A stretch of DNA of 64,000 nt. Origin: Pseudomonadota bacterium. GTDB lineage: Bacteria; Desulfobacterota; Binatia; Binatales; Binataceae. The stretch is taken from positions 6,207-70,206 of the forward strand of contig JAJPJA010000139.1 in the NCBI GenBank assembly GCA_021324455.1, written 5' to 3'. Both the position numbers and the translations under genes were made by a program. The notes under the pieces are model-generated. The model was given only the letters and a program-made list of their open reading frames with translations. It was not told the origin of the DNA and did not search any database. Below are positions 46,007 through 55,955 of the stretch, piece after piece. Every line of letters starts with the position of its first letter. The stretch's first letter is position 1.

Positions 46007-47980
46007 ATGAGGATGGTGAACCCGGCTTCCGAATCAAAGCGGCATGCAGGCTCCGTCAATCCGGCTGCCGGCGTATCGGCCGACCCTGAAGGGCACGCCG
46101 CCCTGGGACTGGCTGACGGACTTCGAATCGCGCTGGTGGCATTCGCCGCCGCCGCCGTTCAAATCCATTTGTGGGAGCCATTGAGGCAAGTCAGTTTGAT
46201 CGGCGCGGCCGGAGTTCTAATCGGCGGCTGGCCCATTTTCAAAGAGGCGGCGGAAAACATCGCGGCGCGGCGGATGACGATGGAGCTATCGATGAGTATC
46301 GCGATCGCCGCGGCGGCCGCGATTTCGGAATTCTTCACCGCGCTGATTATCACGCTCTTCGTTTTGGCCGCCGAGGTGCTCGAAAAGCTGACCGTCGCGC
46401 GAGGGCGGCGCGCGATCCGCGACCTGATCGATTTTCTGCCGCGCCGCGTGGCGGTGCGGCGCGGCAATGAAATCCGGCAGACCCCGGCCGAAAGTTTGCG
46501 CGCCGGCGAATCGGTGCTGGTCAATCCCGGCGGTCTTATCCCGGTGGACGGTATCGTTACCAGCGGGCATTCGTTCGTCGATCAGGCGCGGATCACCGGC
46601 GAGTCGAAGCCGGTGGAGAAGCTGGCGGGCGCAAGGGTCTACGCCGGAACCATCAATCAGGCCGGCGCGCTCGAGATCCGGGTCGAGCGTATCGGCCGCG
46701 ATACCAGTTACGGAAAGATCATCGAGGCGGTTGAAGCCGCCGAGCGCTCGCGCGCGCCGATGCAGCGGATCGCCGATCGGCTGGCCGGTTACCTGGTGTA
46801 CTTCGCGCTGATTGCCGCCGCGCTGACCTTTGTGGTGACGCGCGACATCCGCTCCACGATCTCAGTCGTGATCGTGGCCGGTGCGTGCGGGGTCGCGGCC
46901 GGCACGCCGCTGGCCATTCTCGGCGGTATCGGCCGCGCCGCGCGAATGGGGGCAATCGTCAAGGGCGGTCTGTTCCTGGAGACGCTGGGACGCGTCGATA
47001 CGGTGGTGCTCGACAAGACCGGCACTCTGACCCTCGGCCGCACCGAAGTGCAGGCGGTGGTTCCGGTCGCCGGAGTGCCCGAATCCACCGTTCTGGAGCT
47101 GGCCGCAGCCGCGGAAATGCGATCGGAGCATCCGCTGGGCAGAGCGATCGTGGCGCGCGCACGGGCCGCGGGATGCCGGCTTAAGGAAGCGCAGGAATTT
47201 CACTCCAGGCCCGGCCGGGGAATCTCCGCGATAATCGGAGGCGATTGCGTCCTGGTGGGCAGCCGCGGGCTGATGGCTTCATATAACGTTGAGACGCCTC
47301 GGGATTTGGCCAACTGCCGCGAATCCGCTTCCGAGGTTTTCGTGGCGCGCGGCGGACGCGTTGTGGGATCGATTATCATCGCCGATACGATCCGGCCCGA
47401 AGCCGCGTACGCGGTCCGCTCGCTGGATCGGATGGGTATCCGCATCGTGCTGCTGACCGGAGACGCCGCACCGGTGGCGAACGCGGTGGCCAGGCGCCTT
47501 GGGATTGCCCAGGTCGAGGCCGAACTTCTGCCCGACGCCAAGCTGGCGCGAATCCGGGATCTGGTGGCGGCGGGGCGCGCGGTCGCGATGGTCGGCGACG
47601 GCGTCAACGACGCGCCCGCGCTGGCTGAAGCGAACGTTGGCGTGGCGATGGGATCAGGCACTGACGTCGCGCGCGAAAGCGCCGATATCGTGCTGCTCGG
47701 CAACGACCTGGCCAGGTTTGCCGAGACGGTCGCGATAGCGCGCTGGACGCGGCGCATCATCTGGCAGAATTTCGCCGGTACGATTGCCGTGGACCTGGCC
47801 GGAATCGGGCTGGCCGCGGCGGGATTGCTCGGTCCGGCGCTGGCCGCCTTCATCCATGTCGCTTCGGAGATGACCTTCATCCTCAACTCCGCGCGCCTGT
47901 TGCCGCGCCGGGAGCATCGCCGCCCGCAGCCGCACGGGCGCGCAGAAACTGTCCCGGGGAGCGTCGTCAGCACCGGCTGA
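46007..47980 (+). CDS. P1B-type heavy-metal translocating ATPase lacking an N-terminal metal-binding domain and the (C/S)PC motif
   Basis: TGES, DKTGTLT and GDGVNDAPAL motifs are present. The TM4 position reads VAGACGVAAGTP instead of CPC/SPC. The last TM segment reads HVASEMTFILNSARLL. No CxxC HMA domain is present. Confidence 0.9.
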   Translation: MRMVNPASESKRHAGSVNPAAGVSADPEGHAALGLADGLRIALVAFAAAAVQIHLWEPLRQVSLIGAAGVLIGGWPIFKEAAENIAARRMTMELSMSIAIAAAAAISEFFTALIITLFVLAAEVLEKLTVARGRRAIRDLIDFLPRRVAVRRGNEIRQTPAESLRAGESVLVNPGGLIPVDGIVTSGHSFVDQARITGESKPVEKLAGARVYAGTINQAGALEIRVERIGRDTSYGKIIEAVEAAERSRAPMQRIADRLAGYLVYFALIAAALTFVVTRDIRSTISVVIVAGACGVAAGTPLAILGGIGRAARMGAIVKGGLFLETLGRVDTVVLDKTGTLTLGRTEVQAVVPVAGVPESTVLELAAAAEMRSEHPLGRAIVARARAAGCRLKEAQEFHSRPGRGISAIIGGDCVLVGSRGLMASYNVETPRDLANCRESASEVFVARGGRVVGSIIIADTIRPEAAYAVRSLDRMGIRIVLLTGDAAPVANAVARRLGIAQVEAELLPDAKLARIRDLVAAGRAVAMVGDGVNDAPALAEANVGVAMGSGTDVARESADIVLLGNDLARFAETVAIARWTRRIIWQNFAGTIAVDLAGIGLAAAGLLGPALAAFIHVASEMTFILNSARLLPRREHRRPQPHGRAETVPGSVVSTG

Positions 47981-47989
47981 TAACGCCGC

Positions 47990-48709
47990 TCAGGGCAGCA
48001 GGCGAGTCGCGGCGAACATCGCCAGCATACCCATCGCGGTGGCGACGCCGACCAGCGGCGAGTCGTGCTCGCGCGCTTCGGGCAGCAGGTCCGAAGCGCC
48101 TATATAAAGGAATGAGCCGGCGAAAAATGCCAGCACCCAGGGCAACAGGCCCGCGCGCAGGTCCAACGGCAGCGTGATCGCCGCGCCGATCACCGGCGCG
48201 ATCATGTCGATGCCCAGCCAGAAGGTCGCGCGCTGAAGCGGATTTCCGTGCGCCAGTACAACGGTGACCGTGTTAAGTCCGTCGCTCAGATCGTGCGCGA
48301 TTACCCCCATCGCAATCAGCAGTCCGATGTTGAAATTGGCCTGAAAGCCGGCGCCAATCGCGATTCCGTCCAGGAAGCTGTGCACCGCCAGCCCTCCTGC
48401 CGTCCACGCACCCAGTTCCTGCTCGTGAGCGGCGATGGCATGAGCGTGCTCGCGCGGCCGATGCATCGCGGTGTAGCGCTCCAGTCCGAAGAAGGCCAGA
48501 AAGCCCAACGCCGCCACCGGCATGTACGAGGCGCCGCCATCGATCGCGAAAATTTCCGGCAGAATGTCGAACAGCGCCACGCCCAGCACGGCGCCGGAGC
48601 TGAATCCCAACAAAAGATGGAGACGGTCGCGCAGGCGGATTGCGGCCAACCCGCCTAATCCGGTCGAAATCAGTGTGAGGGCGGCAAAAATCAGCGGCAT
48701 CAGTCGCAT
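47990..48709 (-). CDS. ZIP-family divalent metal transporter (ZupT-like)
   Basis: 239 aa, about 8 TM segments, with the HSFLDGIAIGAGF signature and a His-rich loop (HRPREHAHAIAAHEQE). Confidence 0.85.
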   Translation of the reverse strand: MRLMPLIFAALTLISTGLGGLAAIRLRDRLHLLLGFSSGAVLGVALFDILPEIFAIDGGASYMPVAALGFLAFFGLERYTAMHRPREHAHAIAAHEQELGAWTAGGLAVHSFLDGIAIGAGFQANFNIGLLIAMGVIAHDLSDGLNTVTVVLAHGNPLQRATFWLGIDMIAPVIGAAITLPLDLRAGLLPWVLAFFAGSFLYIGASDLLPEAREHDSPLVGVATAMGMLAMFAATRLLP

Positions 48710-48763
48710 GGCGCCATCGACATTATCCGCTCCTGCCGGGCGAGGCGACCGATGCCGCAGGGT

Positions 48764-49741
48764 TCAGCCGCGTTGCAGGACGGCGGGATTGATCACATGC
48801 ACCGGCTTACCCGCAGCGTACTCCAGGATCTGGTCGAAGCATTGCCCCATGATGTATTCGAGCTGATTGCGCTCGACGTATCCGAGATGCGGCGTGCACA
48901 CCACGTTGTCCATGGCGAGCAGCGGATAATCGGCCGGCGGGGGCTCCTCTTCAAAGACGTCGACCGCCGCCATCCCCGGACGTCCCGCGCCAAGCGCCGC
49001 CGCCAGCGCACCGGGGGCGATTATTCCGGCCCGGCTCGTATTCACCAGCAGCGACGTGGGTTTCATCCGCGCCAAATCGGCCGCGCCCACGATTGCGCGC
49101 GTCTCGGCAATCAGCGGGATGTGCAGTGAAACAACGTCGGATTGCGCGAAGAAAGCTTCCCTCGATGATGCGACTTCAAAGCCGTCTGCGGCGGCGCGGG
49201 TCTTCGACGCTTCTCTGCCCCACACGATCACTTTCATGCCGAACGCCTTGCCGTATCCGGCGACCACGGCGCCGATGAGTCCGTAGGCGTAAACGCCCAA
49301 AGTCTTGCCGCGCAAGCCGACGCCGAGCGGATACGCCTGCCATTTGCCGGCCTTGAGCGCGGCCGCCTCCTGCGGGATATAGCGCATCGCCGCGATGACC
49401 AGGCCCCAGGTGAATTCGGCCGTCGCATAGGACGGCGCCCCGGCGCCCATGCGCGAGCAGAACACCACGCCCCGGCGCGTACAGGCGTCGACATCGACGT
49501 GCGGATAAGGACCGACGTGGCTGATTATTTTCAGGTGCTCCAGCCGATCCAGCAGCGGCGCGGTTATCGGCGTTCGCTCGCGTATCAAGACCAGCGCCTG
49601 CGTGTCTTTGAGGCGATCGGCCAGCGTATCGACGTCTTTGGTATGGTCGTTCCAGATGGCGACGTGGTGTCCGGCGATTTTGGCGAAAGCCGCCATCCCG
49701 CGCACCGCATTCTGATAATCGTCGAGAATAGTGATTTTCAT
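48764..49741 (-). CDS. D-isomer-specific 2-hydroxyacid dehydrogenase family protein
   Basis: NAD-binding motif GKTLGVYAYGLIGAVVA and catalytic region DVFEEEPPP...VVCTPHLGY. Confidence 0.85.
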   Translation of the reverse strand: MKITILDDYQNAVRGMAAFAKIAGHHVAIWNDHTKDVDTLADRLKDTQALVLIRERTPITAPLLDRLEHLKIISHVGPYPHVDVDACTRRGVVFCSRMGAGAPSYATAEFTWGLVIAAMRYIPQEAAALKAGKWQAYPLGVGLRGKTLGVYAYGLIGAVVAGYGKAFGMKVIVWGREASKTRAAADGFEVASSREAFFAQSDVVSLHIPLIAETRAIVGAADLARMKPTSLLVNTSRAGIIAPGALAAALGAGRPGMAAVDVFEEEPPPADYPLLAMDNVVCTPHLGYVERNQLEYIMGQCFDQILEYAAGKPVHVINPAVLQRG

Positions 49742-49910
49742 GTTTGATCTGTCGTGTTCACACCGAAAATTTCAAATGGCATACATCGGCCCGCGACAGA
49801 GGGTCAATGCCGCTGTGCGCGACGGGCTGGCGACGCTTCGCTTAAAGCGTTATGGATCGCGTGCGGGATGAAGGCAGCATCTCGTCGAATCTCTTGAGAA
49901 GGAGCGTGCG

Positions 49911-50297
49911 ATGATCAAAATAATCGGCCTGATCAAACGCAAGCCCGGCATCAGCCGAGAGGAATTCCTGCGCCATTGGAAGGATGAGCATGGACCGCTC
50001 GTCGCCGGCATCCCGGAACTCGCCCGCCATGTCCGCAAATACGTCCAGGTGCATCGGGTGAGCATCCCGGCTTTGGACGCGCAGGAACGCTACGGCCAGA
50101 CCTCGCTGCCGGCGGAGTACGACGGCGCGGTGGAGATGTGGTTCGACAACGCGGACGAGATGCAGAAGGCGTTCGCCGTGCTGGCCGACCCGGTTATCTG
50201 CAAACGCCTGCGCGAGGACGAAGACAGTTTTATCGACAACTCCGTAAGCCTGTCGGCGATGGTGGGGCAGGAGTTCCTTATTTACGAGCAAAAGTGA
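49911..50297 (+). CDS. EthD-domain protein
   Basis: AAGGAG upstream of the ATG. The pattern IKRKPGISREEFLRHWKDEHGPLV...RKYVQ is characteristic. Confidence 0.7.
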   Translation: MIKIIGLIKRKPGISREEFLRHWKDEHGPLVAGIPELARHVRKYVQVHRVSIPALDAQERYGQTSLPAEYDGAVEMWFDNADEMQKAFAVLADPVICKRLREDEDSFIDNSVSLSAMVGQEFLIYEQK

Positions 50298-50376
50298 CGA
50301 TGCGGTCCGCCATCCGGAGAAAATGCCGGACTGGGCCGCTCACCCACCGAGGCAAGATTAAGTTGGTCCGTAATCT

Positions 50377-51171
50377 TCAGCGGCCGGTGAATTTCGGCTC
50401 GCGCTTTTCCGCGAACGCTTGCAGCGCCTCTTTGAAGTCGGACGTGTTCATGCATGCAATCTCCGACAGTACTTCGAACTGCGTCGCCTCGACGAATCCC
50501 GAATTGATTCCGCAGTGAAGCGCCTGCTTGGAGAGCTGCAGCGCCAGCGGCGGAGCCTTGAGCGTCATGCGGGCCATCTCGCACGCCTGCTCCAGCAGCT
50601 GGTCGGCCGGCACGACTTTATTGAGCAATCCGATTTCCGCGGCCTGCGCGGCGTTCAGCGTGCGGCCGGTGAGCACCAGCTCCAGGGCTTTTCCCAAACC
50701 CAGAATGCGCGGCAGCATGTAGGTGCCGCCGAATTCGGGAATCAGGCCCACGCGCGTGAAAGTCAACCCCAGGGTGGCGCCTTCGGCCGCGATCCTGATG
50801 TCGCAGGGCAGCGTCATATCGACGCCGGCGCCCACCGCGATACCGTTGATCGCCGCAATCAGCGGCTTGGGAAAGCGCATGAACTTCAGCGGCGCGACGG
50901 TCGCCAATTCGCGCGACTCGGCGATGCGCTCGGGGGTCATCGGCTGGCGCTGCTCGGCCAGATCCAGTCCGGCGCAGAACGCGCGCCCCGCGCCGGTCAG
51001 AATCACCGCCCGGGTGTCGGCGTCCTCGGCCAGCCGGTCCAGCACCGCGATCAGGTCGAGGATCATCTGGCGGCACAAAGCATTGAGCACCCTGGGCCGA
51101 TTCAAGGTGATGGTGGCGATGCTTTGCTGCCGGCTGAGAAGCAGAGTTTCGTAGGCGCCGTCCGATGCCAT
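50377..51171 (-). CDS. enoyl-CoA hydratase/isomerase (crotonase) family protein
   Basis: Start at the ATG after AAGGA. Oxyanion-hole region is VILTGAGRAFCAGLDL. Confidence 0.85.
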   Translation of the reverse strand: MASDGAYETLLLSRQQSIATITLNRPRVLNALCRQMILDLIAVLDRLAEDADTRAVILTGAGRAFCAGLDLAEQRQPMTPERIAESRELATVAPLKFMRFPKPLIAAINGIAVGAGVDMTLPCDIRIAAEGATLGLTFTRVGLIPEFGGTYMLPRILGLGKALELVLTGRTLNAAQAAEIGLLNKVVPADQLLEQACEMARMTLKAPPLALQLSKQALHCGINSGFVEATQFEVLSEIACMNTSDFKEALQAFAEKREPKFTGR

Positions 51172-51261
51172 CGGGCTTTCCTTTCGAGGAAAATTCAAAG
51201 GCGCCGCGAGCACTGCGCGGCGCCCCTGATTTTAACCGGCTGACGCCGGATTTACGATTGC

Positions 51262-52347
51262 CTACTTCGATTTCTTCTTCAGCTTCGGCATCACTTCTTT
51301 GGCCAGCAGCTCGATCGAACGCATGATCTTGTCGTGCGGCGTGGTGTACATCTGCATGAAGAGCAACGCTTCGTCCACCCCCGCGTCGGACAGGTACTGC
51401 AGGACTTTGAGGCAGGTCTCGGGGCTGCCGATACAGGCGCCGCCGGCCTTGACGATCTCTTCCATCGGCACGGTCTGCGCCTGCTTGCGCGACTCCATGA
51501 ACTGCTTCATGAAGAATTCGTAGGAGCGCGGCGGCTTGCCGTCGATCCACGGCGCGAACAGGTTGCGCACGGCGTCGTTGTAGGTCCTGAAGTTGGCGCC
51601 CTGAATGGACAGCGCTTCCGCGTCGGTATCGCAGCACAGGGTGAAAGTCAGCAGCGCGAACTTGTCATTGACGAACGATCCGATCGGCTTGCAGTTCCTG
51701 ATTCGGTCCCGGTACAGGCGGACGTAATCGTTGGACTGGCCCTGGCCGATACCGAAGCCCAGCACGCCGATGCCATGGTCGCCGGCAAATTCGATGCTGG
51801 CGGGCTGAGTGCACGCCACCCACATCGGCGGATGCGGCTTCTGAACCGGCTTGGGCACCACCTGGCGCTCCGGCACCTTGATGGTGGGGCTTTCCCAGCT
51901 GAAGGTGTCCTGCGTCCACGCTTTGGGGATGATTGCGAGCGACTCCTCCCACTGCGCGCGCGTCACTTCGGGATCGACTTCGAAGCCGCTCAGCTCGGAT
52001 TCGGAAATCGCGCGGCCACCGCCGAAATCCACCCGTCCGTTGGAGAGCACGTCCAGTGTCGCGATACGCTCCGCCACCCGCACGGGATGATTGATGCGGA
52101 AGGGCAGCAGCACGATGCCGTGTCCCAGGCGGATGTTTCTGGTCTTCGCGGCCAGATGCGAAAGCACCAGTTCAGGCGAGGAGCTGTAGGAAAATCCGGG
52201 CAGGAAATGATGTTCGGTAAACCACACTCCCTTGTATCCGAGCTTGTCCGCCAGCATCACCTGCTCGACGCATTCGTCGAAGGTGCGCTTGACGCCGGCC
52301 TCGGACATGTCCGAGGTTTCGAGTTCAAAAAACAGACTCAGTTCCAC
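51262..52347 (-). CDS. LLM-class flavin-dependent oxidoreductase (luciferase-like)
   Basis: GTG start after GGAGG. Contains WFTEHHF...HPVRVAERIATLDVLSNGR. It is a paralog of 54200-55306. Confidence 0.85.
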   Translation of the reverse strand: MELSLFFELETSDMSEAGVKRTFDECVEQVMLADKLGYKGVWFTEHHFLPGFSYSSSPELVLSHLAAKTRNIRLGHGIVLLPFRINHPVRVAERIATLDVLSNGRVDFGGGRAISESELSGFEVDPEVTRAQWEESLAIIPKAWTQDTFSWESPTIKVPERQVVPKPVQKPHPPMWVACTQPASIEFAGDHGIGVLGFGIGQGQSNDYVRLYRDRIRNCKPIGSFVNDKFALLTFTLCCDTDAEALSIQGANFRTYNDAVRNLFAPWIDGKPPRSYEFFMKQFMESRKQAQTVPMEEIVKAGGACIGSPETCLKVLQYLSDAGVDEALLFMQMYTTPHDKIMRSIELLAKEVMPKLKKKSK

Positions 52348-52389
52348 ACGCGAGCCTCCAGGTTGGATATTTTTCCGGAATAGAGTTCC

Positions 52390-53373
52390 TTACTTGATCG
52401 CCAGGGGAGCGACCGGTGAACCAACCGCGCCCGGAATCAGCAACGGCTGCGCCACCAGCATGAATTCGTAAACCTTGTCCTGGGCGCAGTCGGCGGCCAG
52501 TTCGTCCAGCGCCCAGATTTCGCCCAGCATCAGGCCCATCTCGCGCAGCGTCAGCATGTGCAGCAGCAGCGTGGTGCCTTCAATCTCCGCCGGGCTGACC
52601 TCGACCGCGACGTTATCGACCGCGACCGCCGCCGCCTTTTTGTCGTGCAGCCACTCCGCGCAGCGCCAGGAGAGGCCGGGCGATCCGGTCAGAAAGGCCT
52701 CGCCGTCGCGGGTCTCGACGAACCTCCCCCACCATCCGGTGCGCACCAGCACCACGTCGCCCTGCTCCACCGCGATGCTCTGCGCGCGGGCCGTCGCGTC
52801 GAGTTCCTCGGGCGTGACGATGGTGTTGGGCGCCAGATGCTTTACCCCGTTTTTGCCGGCCACATCGAGCAGCACGCCGCGGGTCACCACCTGTCCGCGC
52901 TCGGCGACGCGTTCGATACCGTTTTTGGTGGTGCCCAGACCGGTCACCGCGGAGGCCGGGTAGCCGTTGTATAGTTTGTGATCGTACCACACGTGGGACA
53001 GCGCGTCCCATTGAGTGCCGGACTGCAGATTCATCACGATCACGTCGTCGGCAAAGCGCATCGGCCCCTGGTACATCATCTTGAACGCTTCGCCGACGCT
53101 GCCGCCGAAGCCTTCCAGATGATCGGCGATCTGTTCGTCGCCGCCGTGAACGATCATCAGGCGAATCGGATTGCGGCGAAAGAACGAACCGCTCCAAGGT
53201 CCGTCGGCCTCGTAGGGGGCGCACAGCGGAAAGCTGCGTCCGCGCTTGACCAGCCGGGTTGCCGCCACGATCTTCTCGGGCGTTATATAGTTCAGCGTTC
53301 CGATCTGATCGGAATCGCCCCACTTGCCCCAATTGCGTACGCGCTTGGCGACTTCACGCCAGTCTTCCGCCAT
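52390..53373 (-). CDS. cyclase-family protein (paralog of 10659-11714)
   Basis: AGGAGG upstream of the ATG (MAEDWREV). Shares the DQIGTLNYITPE and PLLIPGAVGSPVAPLAIK blocks with the other copy. Confidence 0.8.
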   Translation of the reverse strand: MAEDWREVAKRVRNWGKWGDSDQIGTLNYITPEKIVAATRLVKRGRSFPLCAPYEADGPWSGSFFRRNPIRLMIVHGGDEQIADHLEGFGGSVGEAFKMMYQGPMRFADDVIVMNLQSGTQWDALSHVWYDHKLYNGYPASAVTGLGTTKNGIERVAERGQVVTRGVLLDVAGKNGVKHLAPNTIVTPEELDATARAQSIAVEQGDVVLVRTGWWGRFVETRDGEAFLTGSPGLSWRCAEWLHDKKAAAVAVDNVAVEVSPAEIEGTTLLLHMLTLREMGLMLGEIWALDELAADCAQDKVYEFMLVAQPLLIPGAVGSPVAPLAIK

Positions 53374-53398
53374 CTGAAATCCCTCCTGCCGTTCGCGC

Positions 53399-54145
53399 TC
53401 AATGCTGCGAGGCGCCGCCGTCAATGGTGTAAGTTGCCCCGGTGATGTAAGCGGCCTCGTCCGAAGCCAAAAAGGTGATCAGATAGGCCACTTCCTCGGG
53501 ACGCGCGACCCGCGGAATGGTGCCGGGCCGCGAGGTCATCGAGGTCAGCCCCAGCTTCTTCATCGATATCTGGAGCATCGGCGTGTCCACCGGACCGGGG
53601 CAAATCGAATTGCACCTGATGTTCTCGGCCGCATTCTGGAAGGCGACCGCGCGCGTAAGTGCGGTCACTCCTCCCTTGCTGGCGGTATACGAGGTGCCGC
53701 CGCCGCCGCCCAGCGCCGCACCCGACGCCAGGTTGACGATGGCGCCGCCGCCCGCGCGTTTGAGATGCGGCACCCCGTACTTGCACAGCAGAAAAACTCC
53801 GCGCAGGTTGACCGCGATGGTGCGGTCGAAGGTTTCCTCGGAGACATCCACGATTCTGGTGTCCTGCATCAGCGAGATGCCGTGGCAGACCGCCATCGTG
53901 GTGATCCTGCCCCAGCGCGACGCCGCCGCATCGAGCGCCCGCTTCACATCCTCGGATTTGCTTACGTCGGCCGGCGCGACCAACGCCTGCCCCTCGGGGA
54001 TGGTATGGAGGGTTTCGTTCAGCCCTGCCTCGTTTATGTCGACCAGGGCGACCTTGCATCCTTCGCGCGCAAAGACCTGGGCCACGCTGCGCCCGATGCC
54101 CGACGCCGCCCCGCTGACGATCGCGACCTTATCTTTGAGTCTCAT
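53399..54145 (-). CDS. SDR-family oxidoreductase
   Basis: Cofactor motif SGAASGIG, NLASGA and catalytic YTASK. Confidence 0.85.
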   Translation of the reverse strand: MRLKDKVAIVSGAASGIGRSVAQVFAREGCKVALVDINEAGLNETLHTIPEGQALVAPADVSKSEDVKRALDAAASRWGRITTMAVCHGISLMQDTRIVDVSEETFDRTIAVNLRGVFLLCKYGVPHLKRAGGGAIVNLASGAALGGGGGTSYTASKGGVTALTRAVAFQNAAENIRCNSICPGPVDTPMLQISMKKLGLTSMTSRPGTIPRVARPEEVAYLITFLASDEAAYITGATYTIDGGASQH

Positions 54146-54199
54146 GATTTTCGCCTTCCCGCGGTTTTGACCGCGTCAACCTGGTAAATACGGCCGTCT

Positions 54200-55306
54200 T
54201 CAATTGCGCGAGAAATGCGGGATAACGTGCTTGCCGAACAGCCGGATCGAATTCATCACCTTCTCATGCGGAATCGACCAGAACTGCTGCATCCCCATCA
54301 GGTGATCCAGTCCGGTCACCTTCTGGATGTGCTCGAGCTGCTTGATGCAGGTATCGGGGCTGCCGCAGATCACCGTGTGATTGTTGATCAGGTAATCCAT
54401 GTTGATCTGATCCTGAGTCACCCCCTTGGGCAGGTTGGCGCCGGCGCGCTGCGGCACGTCGCGGGTGCCTTCCTTGACCGCGGCCTGGAGCTGGCCGTTC
54501 ACGGTGAACAGCGTATTGACGTACGACATGAAGGCGCGTTCGGCGTTCTCGCGCGCTTGCTTGTCGGTCTCCGCGCAGTGAACCATGTAGAAGACCGCGG
54601 CCCTGTTGTTGACGTACGCCCCGACCGGCTGCGCCTCTTTGAGGGCGTCGCGATAGATTTTGATCCGGCGCGCGACCTCTTCCGGATCGACCATCACCAC
54701 CAAAGTCAGCAATCCCAACCCGAGCTTGCCGCAGATCTGATGCGTGTCCTCGTTGCTGGAGGCCAGCCAGATTGGCGGATGCGGCTTCTGTACGGGCATC
54801 GGCACCACGGTTCGCTCCGGAATATCGAAGTAGCGTCCCTTCCAGGAGAAGGTGCCGTCATTGCTGCCCCAGACCTTGAGCAGGATGCGCAGTCCCTCTT
54901 CCCAGCGGGCGCGGGTTTCTTCCGGGGGAATGCCAAAGCCGCCCAGTTCCTGGATGGTGGCCGAGCGCCCGGTGCCGACCTCGACGCGTCCGTTGCTCAG
55001 GATGTCCAGCGTGGCGATTCTTTCGGCTACGCGCACCGGATGGTTATAGGGGAAGGGCAGCAACACCACGGCATGACCGATACGAATCCTGGAAGTCCGC
55101 TGGCTGAGGGCCCCGTAGAGCACTTCGGGCGCGGAACAATGGGAGAATCCGGGCTGAAAATGATGCTCGACGCTCCAGAAATTGTTGAAGCCCATCTCTT
55201 CCGCCAGGGCCACCTGATCGAGCACCTGGTGAAACACCTGGGCCTCGCGGTCCCGATGCTTGAGGGGGCTGTTAACCTGAATTTCATAAAAGATGCCGAA
55301 GTCCAT
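54200..55306 (-). CDS. LLM-class flavin-dependent oxidoreductase (luciferase-like)
   Basis: AAGGAG lies 6 nt upstream of the ATG (MDFGIFYE). Contains WSVEHHF...HPVRVAERIATLDILSNGR. Confidence 0.85.
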   Translation of the reverse strand: MDFGIFYEIQVNSPLKHRDREAQVFHQVLDQVALAEEMGFNNFWSVEHHFQPGFSHCSAPEVLYGALSQRTSRIRIGHAVVLLPFPYNHPVRVAERIATLDILSNGRVEVGTGRSATIQELGGFGIPPEETRARWEEGLRILLKVWGSNDGTFSWKGRYFDIPERTVVPMPVQKPHPPIWLASSNEDTHQICGKLGLGLLTLVVMVDPEEVARRIKIYRDALKEAQPVGAYVNNRAAVFYMVHCAETDKQARENAERAFMSYVNTLFTVNGQLQAAVKEGTRDVPQRAGANLPKGVTQDQINMDYLINNHTVICGSPDTCIKQLEHIQKVTGLDHLMGMQQFWSIPHEKVMNSIRLFGKHVIPHFSRN

Positions 55307-55653
55307 GCCGCTCTCCTTCAAAAGCCGAGAATAATCCGTTCCCCCCGGAGTTCCAACCCGTGCACTTAACCATTTCCGCGCGTGCGCCGCAAAGTTGACC
55401 GCTCCCGCTGCCGGTACGCAGTTATACAGGCGGGTACAGGCTCAACGGGGAAAATCCGCGCTGCCGGATTGGAGATTACGAACCGCAGCTCGCCGCGCTC
55501 CCCAGGCCGTACACCGGAAGAACGGGTCCGGGAGTGCCGCACCTGCCGATTCGCCCATGAACGCAGTGGATAGCGGGCTGTGTCGGAACGTGGCAGCAGA
55601 AAGCTCTAATGAGGGATTTAGGGCACTTTATAATTATTGCATTGGGCGTTCTC

Positions 55654-55683
55654 TTGACACTGATTCTATGGGTCAGCTATACG
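55654..55683 (+). promoter_or_regulatory. candidate sigma70-type promoter in an AT-rich intergenic island
   Basis: TTGACA (55654-55659)-N18-TATACG (55678-55683), about 300 nt upstream of CDS 55956. Confidence 0.3.
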
Positions 55684-55955
55684 GGATTTTACAAAATGTA
55701 GAAAGCTGCTCTTAACTTGAAAAAAAGCGTCTTGATGGGCAATTGCTGGCGATAACTGCCGATTCTTAATAAGCCTTTCGAAGAGTTTGATAAGTTTGGC
55801 AGCCTGAATAAACAGTTGGCGAATATAGCTTGGAATAAATCAGATTCTCAGAGGCAGTTTGCAATGCATGCGTCCCTGTTGCGTGTTGGCGGACGCTGCG
55901 GCGCTGGGCGATAGGGTACTAACACAAACCAATCAACGGGAGGCAACAAAAACCT

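Noticed and set aside
51334-52383. 349-aa plus-strand ORF antisense to the LLM oxidoreductase (similarly 54215-55369, 43378-44163 and 58189-59160)
   Set aside because: All are antisense or frame-shifted shadows of genes with clear family signatures. Their composition is Arg/Gly/His-rich.
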